Sequence record: MT446396.1
Direction: 5' to 3' (one strand)
DNA: 64,000 nucleotides
Origin: Escherichia virus TH22
A model generated the notes under the pieces. The model saw only the letters and a program-made list of their open reading frames with translations, had not been told where the DNA came from and did no database searches. Position numbers and translations under genes: made by a program. The first letter of the stretch is position 1, and each line of letters begins with the position of its first letter. Shown piece by piece: positions 39,592 to 48,760 of the stretch.

Positions 39592-39887
39592 TGACTCATG
39601 AAGAGCTTTTTGACCAAATCTATTTTATTCCAAAGGTTAGGTCTGAAGATTTCGTAAAGAATTTTGAAATCTTTAATAAAGCAAATTTCTTTGAGTACGT
39701 GTTTTTGTCTGGACCTTTTATTGGGTCCAGATTTCGTTGCACTGCTCCGAGTATTCGCTTGATGAAGTTGGTTCCTTACTTTACTCTGGAATTTATTTCT
39801 GGACCATGTAGGGGTATTATAACTCGTAGCCTCCTGACGTATGACCAGGATGTGCGATTAATTAGTGACTGGAAAAAATATGTCTAA
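39591..39887 (+). CDS. Hypothetical protein
   Basis: 98 aa; ATG overlaps previous stop. Confidence 0.5.
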   Translation: MTHEELFDQIYFIPKVRSEDFVKNFEIFNKANFFEYVFLSGPFIGSRFRCTAPSIRLMKLVPYFTLEFISGPCRGIITRSLLTYDQDVRLISDWKKYV

Positions 39888-40094
39888 ACTGACGATTGAA
39901 GGCTCTGATGCAGCCTTGAAAAGATTCGTTGAATGGTTTAATGGCCCTGGCGAACAAGACTTTCTGGAAGTCTGGGACGGTGGTCAATGGAACGGTAAAG
40001 AACTGGTTTATCCTAGCACTTATATCTCCGTACAAGGTTGGACGGATGGGCTTCGTTTGGTAGAATATGATATCGCAACCGGCGAGGAAGTGAA

Positions 40095-40098
<4 letters not shown>
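39880..40098 (+). CDS. Hypothetical protein
   Basis: Start at MSKLTIEG (internal Met of track ORF). Confidence 0.45.
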
Positions 40099-40677
<579 letters not shown>

Positions 40678-40678
<1 letters not shown>

Positions 40679-40734
40679 TGTACAAGCAGGTTGAAATGAG
40701 TTATGATTATCCCATCAAACAAAAGGAGATAATC
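40678..40734 (+). promoter_or_regulatory. Early promoter cassette
   Basis: GTGTAC -35, TATGAT -10, leader TATCCCATCAAACAAAAGGAGATAATC. Confidence 0.65.
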
Positions 40735-41193
40735 ATGACTACTATCGATTCAAGTGTTTACATTCGCCGCAATAAACTTCGTCGTATTTTTGAAACGGAG
40801 TTCCTCAAAATTAATAATGCTATCAACAAGGCTTGTAAAGAAGCAGGTCTTGAAGCATTCTTCATTAAGTACAGTCCACACCTGTTGGACCGTGCAATCC
40901 AACGTGAAATTGACGAACAATATGTTTTTGACTTGTTTGGAAAAATCACACCACATGTAAAAGAAATCGTTGAATTCCTGGAGATGAAACCACTCCCGGA
41001 AGTTGAAGCACAAATTGACCCGAGTGTGAACTACCGTCCACTTCGTCTGGAAATCACAGACAAGAACCTATGGTTAGGAATGACAGTTAACCCAGCTCTT
41101 CCTGGGAAGTCTCCAACCATGTGTTGTCGTATGGCGTTTGTTAACTCTAATCGTCTTGAAGGAAAAATTAGCACAAAAGTGATTTATATCTAA
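40735..41193 (+). CDS. regB: Sequence-specific endoribonuclease RegB
   Basis: Start at MTTIDSSVYIRRNKLRR...SPHLLDRAIQREIDE...RPLRLEITDKNLWLG matches T4 RegB as I recall it; 152 aa (T4 153). Confidence 0.8.
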   Translation: MTTIDSSVYIRRNKLRRIFETEFLKINNAINKACKEAGLEAFFIKYSPHLLDRAIQREIDEQYVFDLFGKITPHVKEIVEFLEMKPLPEVEAQIDPSVNYRPLRLEITDKNLWLGMTVNPALPGKSPTMCCRMAFVNSNRLEGKISTKVIYI

Positions 41194-41203
41194 TGGGGAA
41201 TTC

Positions 41204-41746
41204 ATGAAAAAAGTAATCGCCACCTTACTATTGACAGTTAGTATGTCTGCCCATAGCGTAGAGCCTACTTTCAGTAATGAACAGATGGAAAATCTTCAAT
41301 ATGCTTATGCGTTTGGAGAACAGTTCCAGAAAAATGGTAAGTACAAAGAAAATCCGCACCAACATAATGGTTTGGGATATATCATGGCTGGTTTAACCTG
41401 GCAGGAATCATCTGCTGGTGTTAATACAGGATTAAATAAAGATAAGCATCATGCATATGGTATATTCCAAAATTATCTTCCAACCGTGCGCGAGCGCGTA
41501 AAACAGGTTGGGTGGACAATGACAGATAAAGAAATAATCAAGATGATAAGCAAGAGAGAGAACAGTGCACGCTGGGCTTATATTGAGTTTTCATACTGGT
41601 TAAACATTCACAAGGGGGACATAAGAAAAACACTATCATCATATAACGCAGGGTGGAATGTGAAAGCTGGAAATACGTATGCTTCGCAAGTCCTAGAAAA
41701 AGCTAACTACTTAAAATCACGAGGCCTATTAAAAACGGTGGATTAA
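41204..41746 (+). CDS. Secreted protein, possible lytic transglycosylase-like
   Basis: N-terminal signal peptide (MKKVIATLLLTVSMSAHS); GLTWQESS...YGIFQ loosely resembles SLT catalytic region. Confidence 0.5.
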   Translation: MKKVIATLLLTVSMSAHSVEPTFSNEQMENLQYAYAFGEQFQKNGKYKENPHQHNGLGYIMAGLTWQESSAGVNTGLNKDKHHAYGIFQNYLPTVRERVKQVGWTMTDKEIIKMISKRENSARWAYIEFSYWLNIHKGDIRKTLSSYNAGWNVKAGNTYASQVLEKANYLKSRGLLKTVD

Positions 41747-42106
41747 ATGGTAAGAGTCATAACTTTAGCCATAGGGTTAGTATTCAGCACGGGAGGAATA
41801 GCTTCAGTACAGAGCGATGACAATAATAGCATCATAGAATATGCAACGAGGACGGCCAAAGATTATTGCGCATCAAGCAATGTGGATTGTGTAATCCGGT
41901 TCAGTGCCAAGCTCACCGCGGCATATAAAGACGGTCAAAATGATGTTGAACACACTCTTATGAAAAAGAGCACTTTATCCAACAAATATGAAAAGAAACT
42001 ATTTGAAATGGATTGTATTCTGTCGAGTGCCAAATATAAAGCGGCCTGCACCAGTATGGTTGACAGGTTAGTCGATTCCTATAACAGAGGATTGAACTCT
42101 AAATGA
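41747..42106 (+). CDS. Secreted Cys-containing hypothetical protein
   Basis: Signal-peptide-like N-terminus; four Cys. Confidence 0.5.
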   Translation: MVRVITLAIGLVFSTGGIASVQSDDNNSIIEYATRTAKDYCASSNVDCVIRFSAKLTAAYKDGQNDVEHTLMKKSTLSNKYEKKLFEMDCILSSAKYKAACTSMVDRLVDSYNRGLNSK

Positions 42107-42567
42107 TTGTTAACTATATTAAGGGCGATATTGTCGCCCTTTTTCTCGAAGGAAACATCATAGCTCATGGCTGTAACTGCTTCCATACAATGGGTTCAGG
42201 CGTTGCTGGCCAACTGGCAAAGGCTTACCCAAAAATTTTAGAAATGGATAAGACAACAACTGAATACGGTTCCCGAGAAAAACTCGGTGATATGTCTATT
42301 GTTTTTAAACATAAGCCAACTGGATTTGGTATGTGCTATAACCTTTATACCCAGTATGAACCGGGTCCAAATCTGGATTATGGCGCTTTAGTAAATTGTA
42401 TGATAGAATTAAATCTACAAGCAGAAACCCTTTTGTTTAAACCGGTAATTTATATTCCCAGGATTGGCTGTGGTATTGCAGGTGGTGATTGGGATAAGGT
42501 TTCCCGGTTAATTGATATGTTTACTCCTGATATTGATTTGATAGTGGTGGATTATGAGTCAAACTAG
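42103..42567 (+). CDS. Macro-domain (ADP-ribose-binding/processing) protein
   Basis: NIIAHGCNCFHTMGSGVAGQL resembles the macro-domain N...GGGV motif and IPRIGCGIAGGDW the G-I-x-G phosphate-binding motif. Confidence 0.7.
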   Translation: MIVNYIKGDIVALFLEGNIIAHGCNCFHTMGSGVAGQLAKAYPKILEMDKTTTEYGSREKLGDMSIVFKHKPTGFGMCYNLYTQYEPGPNLDYGALVNCMIELNLQAETLLFKPVIYIPRIGCGIAGGDWDKVSRLIDMFTPDIDLIVVDYESN

Positions 42568-42760
42568 TATTCTTAAAAATGCTCACTGTGAAAAGTGTAA
42601 ATGGCCAGTTGTTTTTGCTTTATGCAACGATGAAATGATATGTGATTTTGATTATTGGTGCTATTGTTCTAATAAAGGGTGTGTGAATCATGCAGGCGCC
42701 GGTTTCTATTCCGGGTTTCAACCGTATCCAGACTTTGTAAAACAAGGTGAACCGAAATGA
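42554..42760 (+). CDS. Small Cys-rich (likely Zn-binding) protein
   Basis: 68 aa with CxxC and several further Cys/His. Confidence 0.5.
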   Translation: MSQTSILKNAHCEKCKWPVVFALCNDEMICDFDYWCYCSNKGCVNHAGAGFYSGFQPYPDFVKQGEPK

Positions 42761-42942
42761 GTTTAAGTATTAGTCAGAAAAGTAGATTGTTTGAGCTTAT
42801 CCATGAGCTTTTGGACGAGCATACGGAAGCGAACGCTTTTTATGATGAATACGGCCCGATAGATGCCGAGCATCAGGAAGAATTTGCTAATCGGTTTGAT
42901 GAGAAAGAAAACGAATTAATTGCTTATGTGAATACTCTTTAA
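42757..42942 (+). CDS. Small acidic protein
   Basis: 61 aa; overlaps previous stop. Confidence 0.45.
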   Translation: MSLSISQKSRLFELIHELLDEHTEANAFYDEYGPIDAEHQEEFANRFDEKENELIAYVNTL

Positions 42943-42951
42943 GAAGGTGAT

Positions 42952-43524
42952 ATGGCGAGTTTAATTTATCATTACGCGGCAATGAATGCAGGCAAAACAG
43001 CTTCATTGCTGACTGCAGCTTATTCCTATAAAGAGCGTGGAATGAGTGTGCTTTTGCTAAAACCTGTTATTGATAATCGGGACTCGGAATCTGAAATTAA
43101 ATCACGTATTGGTATTAGCCAGGAAGCAAACCTGGTAACGGCCGACATGAACCTGTTTGAATTCTATAAATGGGCCGAGTCTCAAAAGGATATCCATTGT
43201 GTCCTGGTCGATGAAGCTCAATTTTTGTTACCAGAGCAAATTGACCAGTTAGCACGAGTGGTTGATAATTATAATATCCCCGTTATGTGTTACGGGCTAA
43301 GAACAGATTTTCGGGGTCAGTTATTTCCCGGTTCGGCCAGACTTCTGGCTATTTCGGATAAACTGGTTGAATTAAAGGGCGTCTGCCATTGCGGCCGGAA
43401 AGCAACCATGACCGCTCGAGTAATCGACGGTGCTGCTGTAAAGGTCGGCGAGCAAGTATTGGTCGGTGGGAATGAATCGTACGTATCTTTATGCAGGAAA
43501 CATTGGCTCGAATTGACAAGCTGA
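42952..43524 (+). CDS. tk: Thymidine kinase
   Basis: P-loop YAAMNAGKTASLL, VLVDEAQFL and C-terminal Zn site CHCGRKAT...CRKH match thymidine kinases; 190 aa (T4 Tk 193). Confidence 0.9.
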   Translation: MASLIYHYAAMNAGKTASLLTAAYSYKERGMSVLLLKPVIDNRDSESEIKSRIGISQEANLVTADMNLFEFYKWAESQKDIHCVLVDEAQFLLPEQIDQLARVVDNYNIPVMCYGLRTDFRGQLFPGSARLLAISDKLVELKGVCHCGRKATMTARVIDGAAVKVGEQVLVGGNESYVSLCRKHWLELTS

Positions 43525-43531
43525 GGTCCTT

Positions 43532-43807
43532 ATGATATATAAGATTTGGACGTATATCTCTATTTTTGTTATTGCTGGAATTGCATTTATCCCCACACAA
43601 ACAGATAGCGAGAGATATGAAAGGGAAATTGAAATAGTAGCAAGCACGTACCATTCTGTTAATAAAGAATGCCCGAATAAAAATGGAATAAATTTACAAA
43701 AAGCACATTATATGCTGACTGTTACTAGCCCAGTGCAAAGAATATGGGTTGATAGACATTTTTCTGATTTATTTGCAATATATTGTTTCAAGTTTAAAAG
43801 ATTATAA
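43532..43807 (+). CDS. Small membrane protein
   Basis: 91 aa with N-terminal TM segment. Confidence 0.5.
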   Translation: MIYKIWTYISIFVIAGIAFIPTQTDSERYEREIEIVASTYHSVNKECPNKNGINLQKAHYMLTVTSPVQRIWVDRHFSDLFAIYCFKFKRL

Positions 43808-43810
43808 ATA
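43803..43810 (+). promoter_or_regulatory. Late-promoter-like TATAAATA upstream of rI
   Basis: TATAAATA overlapping the stop of the 43532 gene, ~70 nt upstream of the rI ATG. Confidence 0.45.
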
Positions 43811-43881
43811 CAGTTACTAACTAGTATTCCGCTATGTTAAGGCTGCAAAGCGTAATCATGACCAACAATAAGGAGTCCTTT

Positions 43882-44178
43882 ATGGACCTTATTCGAGGAC
43901 TTTCTCTAAGTCTATTACTAATGGGCTGTTTAGGCCCAAATCTGTCCTCTGCTACAGATGGTAAATTTACCCAGTACGCAGATAGTGCGATGCAAATCTA
44001 TTCGCAATTCAAAGAACCCAGCGTCGAGCAGTCCGAACAATTTTGGGCTTTTATTAAAACCGAATGGAACAATAAGAGTCAATGTGTAAATGAAATCACA
44101 TGTCAAATTGATGGCCGGGCTGCTGCAGTCGAATACGCTAAATTAATGAAGGTAAAATTGGAAGATGAAATTCGATGA
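43882..44178 (+). CDS. rI: Lysis-inhibition regulator RI (antiholin)
   Basis: Start at MDLIRG after AAGGAG RBS; N-terminal signal-anchor; C-terminal ...SVEQSEQFWAFIKTEW...C...C...AVEYAKLMKVKLE parallels T4 RI; 98 aa (T4 97). Confidence 0.6.
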   Translation: MDLIRGLSLSLLLMGCLGPNLSSATDGKFTQYADSAMQIYSQFKEPSVEQSEQFWAFIKTEWNNKSQCVNEITCQIDGRAAAVEYAKLMKVKLEDEIR

Positions 44179-44548
44179 TTTCGTAACAGGTCGTGGGTCT
44201 GAGGTGGATTCATACATTGGGTGGCTATTAGTCTCTTTAGCATATTTTAAGTCCGCCCATCTTGAAACCAAAAGTTACGCCCGCCATAAAGCTTATGATT
44301 TCTACTTCACAGAAATCCAAGGTCCACTCGACCAGTTCAGTGAGCAATGGTTAGGTTACAGCGGGAAACAATACAAAGCTGCATTACCGTCCGCCTCGGA
44401 CTTGCCGAAAGATACAATTTTGTTTTTAGATGAAATGATTAAAAGCTCTGAAAGAGTCTATAAAGTTGTGCCCAAGGCTATTCAATCGACTCTGGACGAT
44501 ATCGTTGGCGTTTTCTTTCAAACCAAGTACCTGTTAACATTAGAGTAA
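44165..44548 (+). CDS. Hypothetical protein
   Basis: 127 aa overlapping rI stop. Confidence 0.5.
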   Translation: MKFDDFVTGRGSEVDSYIGWLLVSLAYFKSAHLETKSYARHKAYDFYFTEIQGPLDQFSEQWLGYSGKQYKAALPSASDLPKDTILFLDEMIKSSERVYKVVPKAIQSTLDDIVGVFFQTKYLLTLE

Positions 44549-44551
44549 TTC

Positions 44552-44581
44552 AAAAGGTCTGCCTTCGGGTGGACCTTTTTT
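44552..44581 (+). terminator. Rho-independent terminator
   Basis: AAAGGTC...GACCTTT hairpin with GC-rich inner stem, followed by TTTTTT. Confidence 0.65.
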
Positions 44582-44589
44582 CATTTAGG

Positions 44590-44648
44590 GGTTTACATCC
44601 TCATCAAAAGGGTGTACTATTATCCCATCAACTACTGAGGAGAATACA
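44590..44648 (+). promoter_or_regulatory. Early promoter cassette
   Basis: GTTTAC -35, TACTAT -10, leader TATCCCATCAACTACTGAGGAGAATACAA. Confidence 0.65.
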
Positions 44649-44852
44649 ATGAGAATTAAAAATATCAAGATTGATGCAGTTAATACTGGTGATGAGGTTG
44701 TTATCTATCTTAATGATTATGCAATCTTTATGGACAGTGCCACTGATGAAGAAGTGGTTGAACTCTTACAGAAAGCTCCATTTGAACTGTGTGAAGAAGA
44801 TGCTACCCATCTTTCATCAGCAATTTTCTCATTATCATATGTGGTGGAATAA
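44649..44852 (+). CDS. Hypothetical small protein
   Basis: 67 aa directly after cassette. Confidence 0.55.
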   Translation: MRIKNIKIDAVNTGDEVVIYLNDYAIFMDSATDEEVVELLQKAPFELCEEDATHLSSAIFSLSYVVE

Positions 44853-45088
44853 TGAAACTTACAAATACCATGGTTTCATTGGAATATGAAACCAATAATC
44901 ATATTCTTGAAATTAAGATATTTGATGACGGAAGCATATTTGCTGATTACCGCGGATATAGAATTCGCCTGGAAAAGGAACAGCTTAAAGATGTTGAGCT
45001 TTTTAAAGAAACATTAAAAAGTTGTGGGTGTAAACTGAAAAATACTCAAGTCCAAGAATTAATTTCTACCATCAACAAATACTGGTGA
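44852..45088 (+). CDS. Hypothetical small protein
   Basis: 78 aa; ATG overlaps previous stop. Confidence 0.5.
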   Translation: MKLTNTMVSLEYETNNHILEIKIFDDGSIFADYRGYRIRLEKEQLKDVELFKETLKSCGCKLKNTQVQELISTINKYW

Positions 45089-45092
45089 TATT

Positions 45093-45275
45093 ATGTTAAC
45101 TACTGAACAAATTGAAAAAATTATTAAACTCGCCTGGCATATTGAAAATGCATCTAATGACCTGGCAGTGGAATTATGTGAAGGCTATTCATATTCTGGA
45201 ATAGAACAGTGTAAGCGTGATTTGAATAGTTCTAAAGCTAATTTGGTTGAATATCTGAATGGGTTGAAAGCATAA
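45093..45275 (+). CDS. Hypothetical small protein
   Basis: 60 aa. Confidence 0.45.
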   Translation: MLTTEQIEKIIKLAWHIENASNDLAVELCEGYSYSGIEQCKRDLNSSKANLVEYLNGLKA

Positions 45276-45532
45276 TGGCTGTTGGATTTGCAAAAGATGG
45301 CGCTGAACAGTTAGAGATGGAAGCGGTTGTACAAGCCGCTATCACCCATGCGAGAGCACAGGTTGCAGTTGAAAGGGAGTCTGCTGAATTCTGTTTTGAC
45401 TGCGACGAAAAAATTCCTGAAGCGCGGAGACAAGCGATTAAGGGTGTGATATATTGTGTTGGTTGTCAATCAATGCATGATGAAATTTTTAAACGTGAGC
45501 CACGTAACTGTTGGCATAGGAGCATGAGATGA
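45275..45532 (+). CDS. DksA/TraR-type C4 zinc-finger protein
   Basis: CFDCDEKIPEARRQAIKGVIYCVGCQS: CxxC-x17-CxxC typical of DksA/TraR zinc fingers. Confidence 0.55.
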   Translation: MAVGFAKDGAEQLEMEAVVQAAITHARAQVAVERESAEFCFDCDEKIPEARRQAIKGVIYCVGCQSMHDEIFKREPRNCWHRSMR

Positions 45533-45623
45533 TTTACTATCTTGAACCTTGGGCTTGGTTAATAATGGCTGTAGGGCCTGTTTTAATTGGTTTATTCTTT
45601 TCATGGTTAGCGAGGAAACTGTA

Positions 45624-45839
45624 ATGTTATACGACCCAAGTGGTAATTCTGAAAATGGTGTGATTGTTCTGGAGCCTGAGCATCCGACTGGTGAGGTGTA
45701 CCGTACCGTTGAAGTGTGTGAATGTAATTTCGTTGAAGGAAATACCGGTGGGATTTCCATTGAGCAAGATGATGATGTTATTTACCTGGATGCAAGCCAA
45801 GTAGAAGCTCTTTATAGTATTTTAAAACATAACCGTTAA
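45624..45839 (+). CDS. Hypothetical small protein
   Basis: Start at MLYDPSG (internal Met of track ORF). Confidence 0.45.
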   Translation: MLYDPSGNSENGVIVLEPEHPTGEVYRTVEVCECNFVEGNTGGISIEQDDDVIYLDASQVEALYSILKHNR

Positions 45840-45851
45840 GAGGAAATTAAA

Positions 45852-46406
45852 ATGATTATTGAAAAATCTGGGTTGTTTGGTGACCTGACTGCCGATGTAA
45901 TTGATAATGCAATCGTGCTTAAACAAGAAGATGATACAGTCGTTTTGACCATTCAAGATATTCAGAACCTGTACAAGTTGTCTGTTATTGATGCAGAGCA
46001 GTATATTCGAACTCATAATCGTGTCTTTAAAATTAACGATGAAGTTGTGGCTTGGTTGTATCGAGGTGAAAATGGCTTTAATCTGGAAACCGAATGGGCT
46101 TGTTTATCCATTAAAAACCGTTCAGAATTTTTAGAGAAAATTTTTAAACTGTTCCAAGAAGAGTGTGTACCTGAGCTCGAATGGAAAATCCATGGTTGTG
46201 ATGCTATTATGCATTCAAGCGAAACCTTTGAAGGTGATGAAGAAGGTGATTATAATACTGAATTCAGTGTCCACCAACATCAAGGTCGCGATATGTTATC
46301 TATCATCCAGACCCACGATGGTGAAGCTGAAGTAGTATTCACTAAAGACGAATTAAAAGTTCTGGTAAAATACCTGAACACTGTTATCCCAACTATGAAC
46401 GCATAA
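45852..46406 (+). CDS. Hypothetical protein
   Basis: 184 aa. Confidence 0.55.
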   Translation: MIIEKSGLFGDLTADVIDNAIVLKQEDDTVVLTIQDIQNLYKLSVIDAEQYIRTHNRVFKINDEVVAWLYRGENGFNLETEWACLSIKNRSEFLEKIFKLFQEECVPELEWKIHGCDAIMHSSETFEGDEEGDYNTEFSVHQHQGRDMLSIIQTHDGEAEVVFTKDELKVLVKYLNTVIPTMNA

Positions 46407-46415
46407 GGAATTACA

Positions 46416-46868
46416 ATGATTATTAATGAAAACGCCTGGCACGTTAAATTACACGACCGTTTTTATGGCCATTATTCTCGCCCACACTCTTTGTGTGCTT
46501 ACTTCTGGAAAATTGTATGGGTCTGCTTTATTTGTTCTGTGCTTGCAGGTAGTACAATCTTCGCCTTAACTGTTGCAGGTGCTGGTGTATTGGAGCAGTT
46601 CTTTGTATTAAGTACTCCTGTTGGTTTAGGGTTAGGGTTTATTTTAGGACTAGCTACAATGGCTCTTATTTTGGCGGTAGCATTTGGTTTAATATATGGT
46701 CTAATGAATTTATGGGCCTGGTATGATTTACGTAAAGAAGAAAAAGAATGGGAACGAATTAAAGCCAAACGCGAAGGAAAGGAAATTAAAGAAAACGTTT
46801 TCATTCAATATATCAAAGCTCGTAAATCTAAGATGTGTCCGGTAATCCATTTTGAGGCGAAGAAATGA
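46416..46868 (+). CDS. Hypothetical membrane protein
   Basis: Two or three TM segments, Gly/Leu-rich. Confidence 0.55.
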   Translation: MIINENAWHVKLHDRFYGHYSRPHSLCAYFWKIVWVCFICSVLAGSTIFALTVAGAGVLEQFFVLSTPVGLGLGFILGLATMALILAVAFGLIYGLMNLWAWYDLRKEEKEWERIKAKREGKEIKENVFIQYIKARKSKMCPVIHFEAKK

Positions 46869-47875
46869 GAACAGTTATGAAGGGATATTTTGGGTCCCAT
46901 CTTTATGGAACAAGTACTCCGGAATCTGATGTCGATTTTAAGGAAATCTTTGTTCCACATCCACGTGATATTCTGTTAGGTACGGCAATGAATCATACAA
47001 ACTTGAACACGAATAACACGGCATCCAAAAACACTAAAGACGATGTTGACCACGAGCTTTATAGCCTGAAATATTTCTTTAAACTGGCGGCTGAAGGTGA
47101 AACTGTTGCTCTGGACATGATTCACACTCCGGCTAACCTGGTAGTCAAATCCGATTTACCAGATGTATGGAAGTTTATCCAAGACAACCGTTCACGGTTC
47201 TATACGACCAACATGAAAGCATATTTGGGGTACGTCCGTAAGCAAGCTTCAAAATATGGTGTTAAAGGTTCTAGACTGGCTGCTTTACGTGGTGTACTGG
47301 CAATTGTTAACCAGATTCCTGAACAGTGGGTTGACTACCAAGAAGATGGTTCGACTAAACAACGTCGCACTAAAGTTGAAGATATTAAGCATCGTCTCCC
47401 AGAGAATGAATTCTGTGAATGGGTATTCCATAACCATGAGAAAACCGGTCCTCAAACGTTTTATACTGTTCTCGGTCGCAAATACCAAACTACTTTGTCA
47501 TTAATCGAGCTTAAGCAATCTCTGAATAAACTTGATGCCGAATATGGTGAACGCGCTCGTAAGGCCGAAGCTAACGAAGGTATTGACTGGAAAGCTCTGA
47601 GCCACGCTTATCGTGCTGGATATCAGTTGAAGGAAATTTATATGACCGGTGACCTTCAATATCCTTTACGAACAGCCCCATTTATCCTTGAAATCAAACA
47701 AGGGCTACATGCTTTTAAAGATGTACAAGCTGAACTTGAAGCAATCGTCGATGAAGTCGAAACCAATGCCATCTGGGCGGCCAAGAACGGCATGCCCGAT
47801 AAGGTAGACATGAAGTTCTGGGACAAGTTTGTTGAAGAGGTATATCTTGACAACCACAATTCCTATTATCGTTAA
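46865..47875 (+). CDS. Pol-beta-superfamily nucleotidyltransferase-like protein
   Basis: N-terminal GSHLYGTSTPESDVDF fits the G-S-x(9-13)-D-x-D nucleotidyltransferase signature; 336 aa; function not assignable by eye. Confidence 0.65.
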   Translation: MRTVMKGYFGSHLYGTSTPESDVDFKEIFVPHPRDILLGTAMNHTNLNTNNTASKNTKDDVDHELYSLKYFFKLAAEGETVALDMIHTPANLVVKSDLPDVWKFIQDNRSRFYTTNMKAYLGYVRKQASKYGVKGSRLAALRGVLAIVNQIPEQWVDYQEDGSTKQRRTKVEDIKHRLPENEFCEWVFHNHEKTGPQTFYTVLGRKYQTTLSLIELKQSLNKLDAEYGERARKAEANEGIDWKALSHAYRAGYQLKEIYMTGDLQYPLRTAPFILEIKQGLHAFKDVQAELEAIVDEVETNAIWAAKNGMPDKVDMKFWDKFVEEVYLDNHNSYYR

Positions 47876-47882
47876 TGAAGAA

Positions 47883-48071
47883 ATGAAGGTCTTCTTATCA
47901 TATGGAAGACCCAATAAAGGTCGGCGCTGGTATCTCGAAGCAGTCTGTCGGAAAACTGGCAGACGAATCAACATTAAGTACACGTGTAAACCAACTTCCA
48001 AACAAACCAGGCGTTTTGTTAACTGGGCTATCAATATTATAAGATTCCATAATTTTTGGAGTGCAATCTAA
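47883..48071 (+). CDS. Small basic protein
   Basis: Start at MKVFLSYG; Arg/Lys-rich. Confidence 0.45.
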   Translation: MKVFLSYGRPNKGRRWYLEAVCRKTGRRINIKYTCKPTSKQTRRFVNWAINIIRFHNFWSAI

Positions 48072-48097
48072 GGACCCTTCGGGGTCCTTTTTTATTT
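48071..48097 (+). terminator. Rho-independent terminator
   Basis: AGGACCC-TTCG-GGGTCCT hairpin followed by TTTTTTATTTT. Confidence 0.75.
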
Positions 48098-48106
48098 TAA
48101 AAAGTA

Positions 48107-48174
48107 GTGTACAACAAGATGGTCATGAGGCATAATGATTCCATACTGAGTTACCAAATAAACTGGAGAATAAA
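48107..48174 (+). promoter_or_regulatory. Early promoter cassette (B-type)
   Basis: GTGTAC -35, CATAAT -10, leader GATTCCATACTGAGTTACCAAATAAACTGGAGAATAAA. Confidence 0.7.
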
Positions 48175-48381
48175 ATGTTAGAATTAATCAAAGCTGCTGG
48201 TGAAAAAGGTCTGATGGTTAACACTCGTGACCCTGAACAACGTCAAGCATTTGGTGAGTTAAAAGCCAAAGGTCTGGTTAAAGCATCCCTTGGTATTGGT
48301 AATGCTTTGCGTGTGACTTTGACCCCTGCAGGTAAAGCAATGTTCTTCCCTAAACCATTACCAAAACGTCGTCGCAAGTGA
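48175..48381 (+). CDS. Hypothetical small basic protein
   Basis: 68 aa; C-terminal KRRRK. Confidence 0.55.
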   Translation: MLELIKAAGEKGLMVNTRDPEQRQAFGELKAKGLVKASLGIGNALRVTLTPAGKAMFFPKPLPKRRRK

Positions 48382-48387
48382 GGAATT

Positions 48388-48690
48388 ATGAAAAAGTATG
48401 AAATTGACATGATTGATGCATGTCTGAAATCTGCTGACCATTTTAAATTGAAAATGCACAAGTTAAGAGGAATGGTCAAAACTCCAGAAGAGAAGAAACG
48501 TTATGCTCTGAAGGAGAAATGTAAAGCTCTTATCATGATGGATAAGCTGCAAATGGTCGCCGCAGAAGCTCACAGGACAAGAAAAGCAGAGGCTCTTGGT
48601 GTTTATATGGCTGAACAGATTCATCGCGCACAGCAAGCCGTTAAGAGCGCCTGGTTCAGTGGTGAAAATACTGAAAGAACTTTTAATTAA
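48388..48690 (+). CDS. Hypothetical protein
   Basis: 100 aa. Confidence 0.55.
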   Translation: MKKYEIDMIDACLKSADHFKLKMHKLRGMVKTPEEKKRYALKEKCKALIMMDKLQMVAAEAHRTRKAEALGVYMAEQIHRAQQAVKSAWFSGENTERTFN

Positions 48691-48692
48691 AT

Positions 48693-48760
48693 GTGTACAC
48701 AAGTATGGGAGCGTGGCATAATGTTCCTATACTGAGTTACCAAACAAACGGGAGAATAAA
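48693..48760 (+). promoter_or_regulatory. Early promoter cassette (B-type)
   Basis: GTGTAC -35, CATAAT -10, leader GTTCCTATACTGAGTTACCAAACAAACGGGAGAATAAA. Confidence 0.7.
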
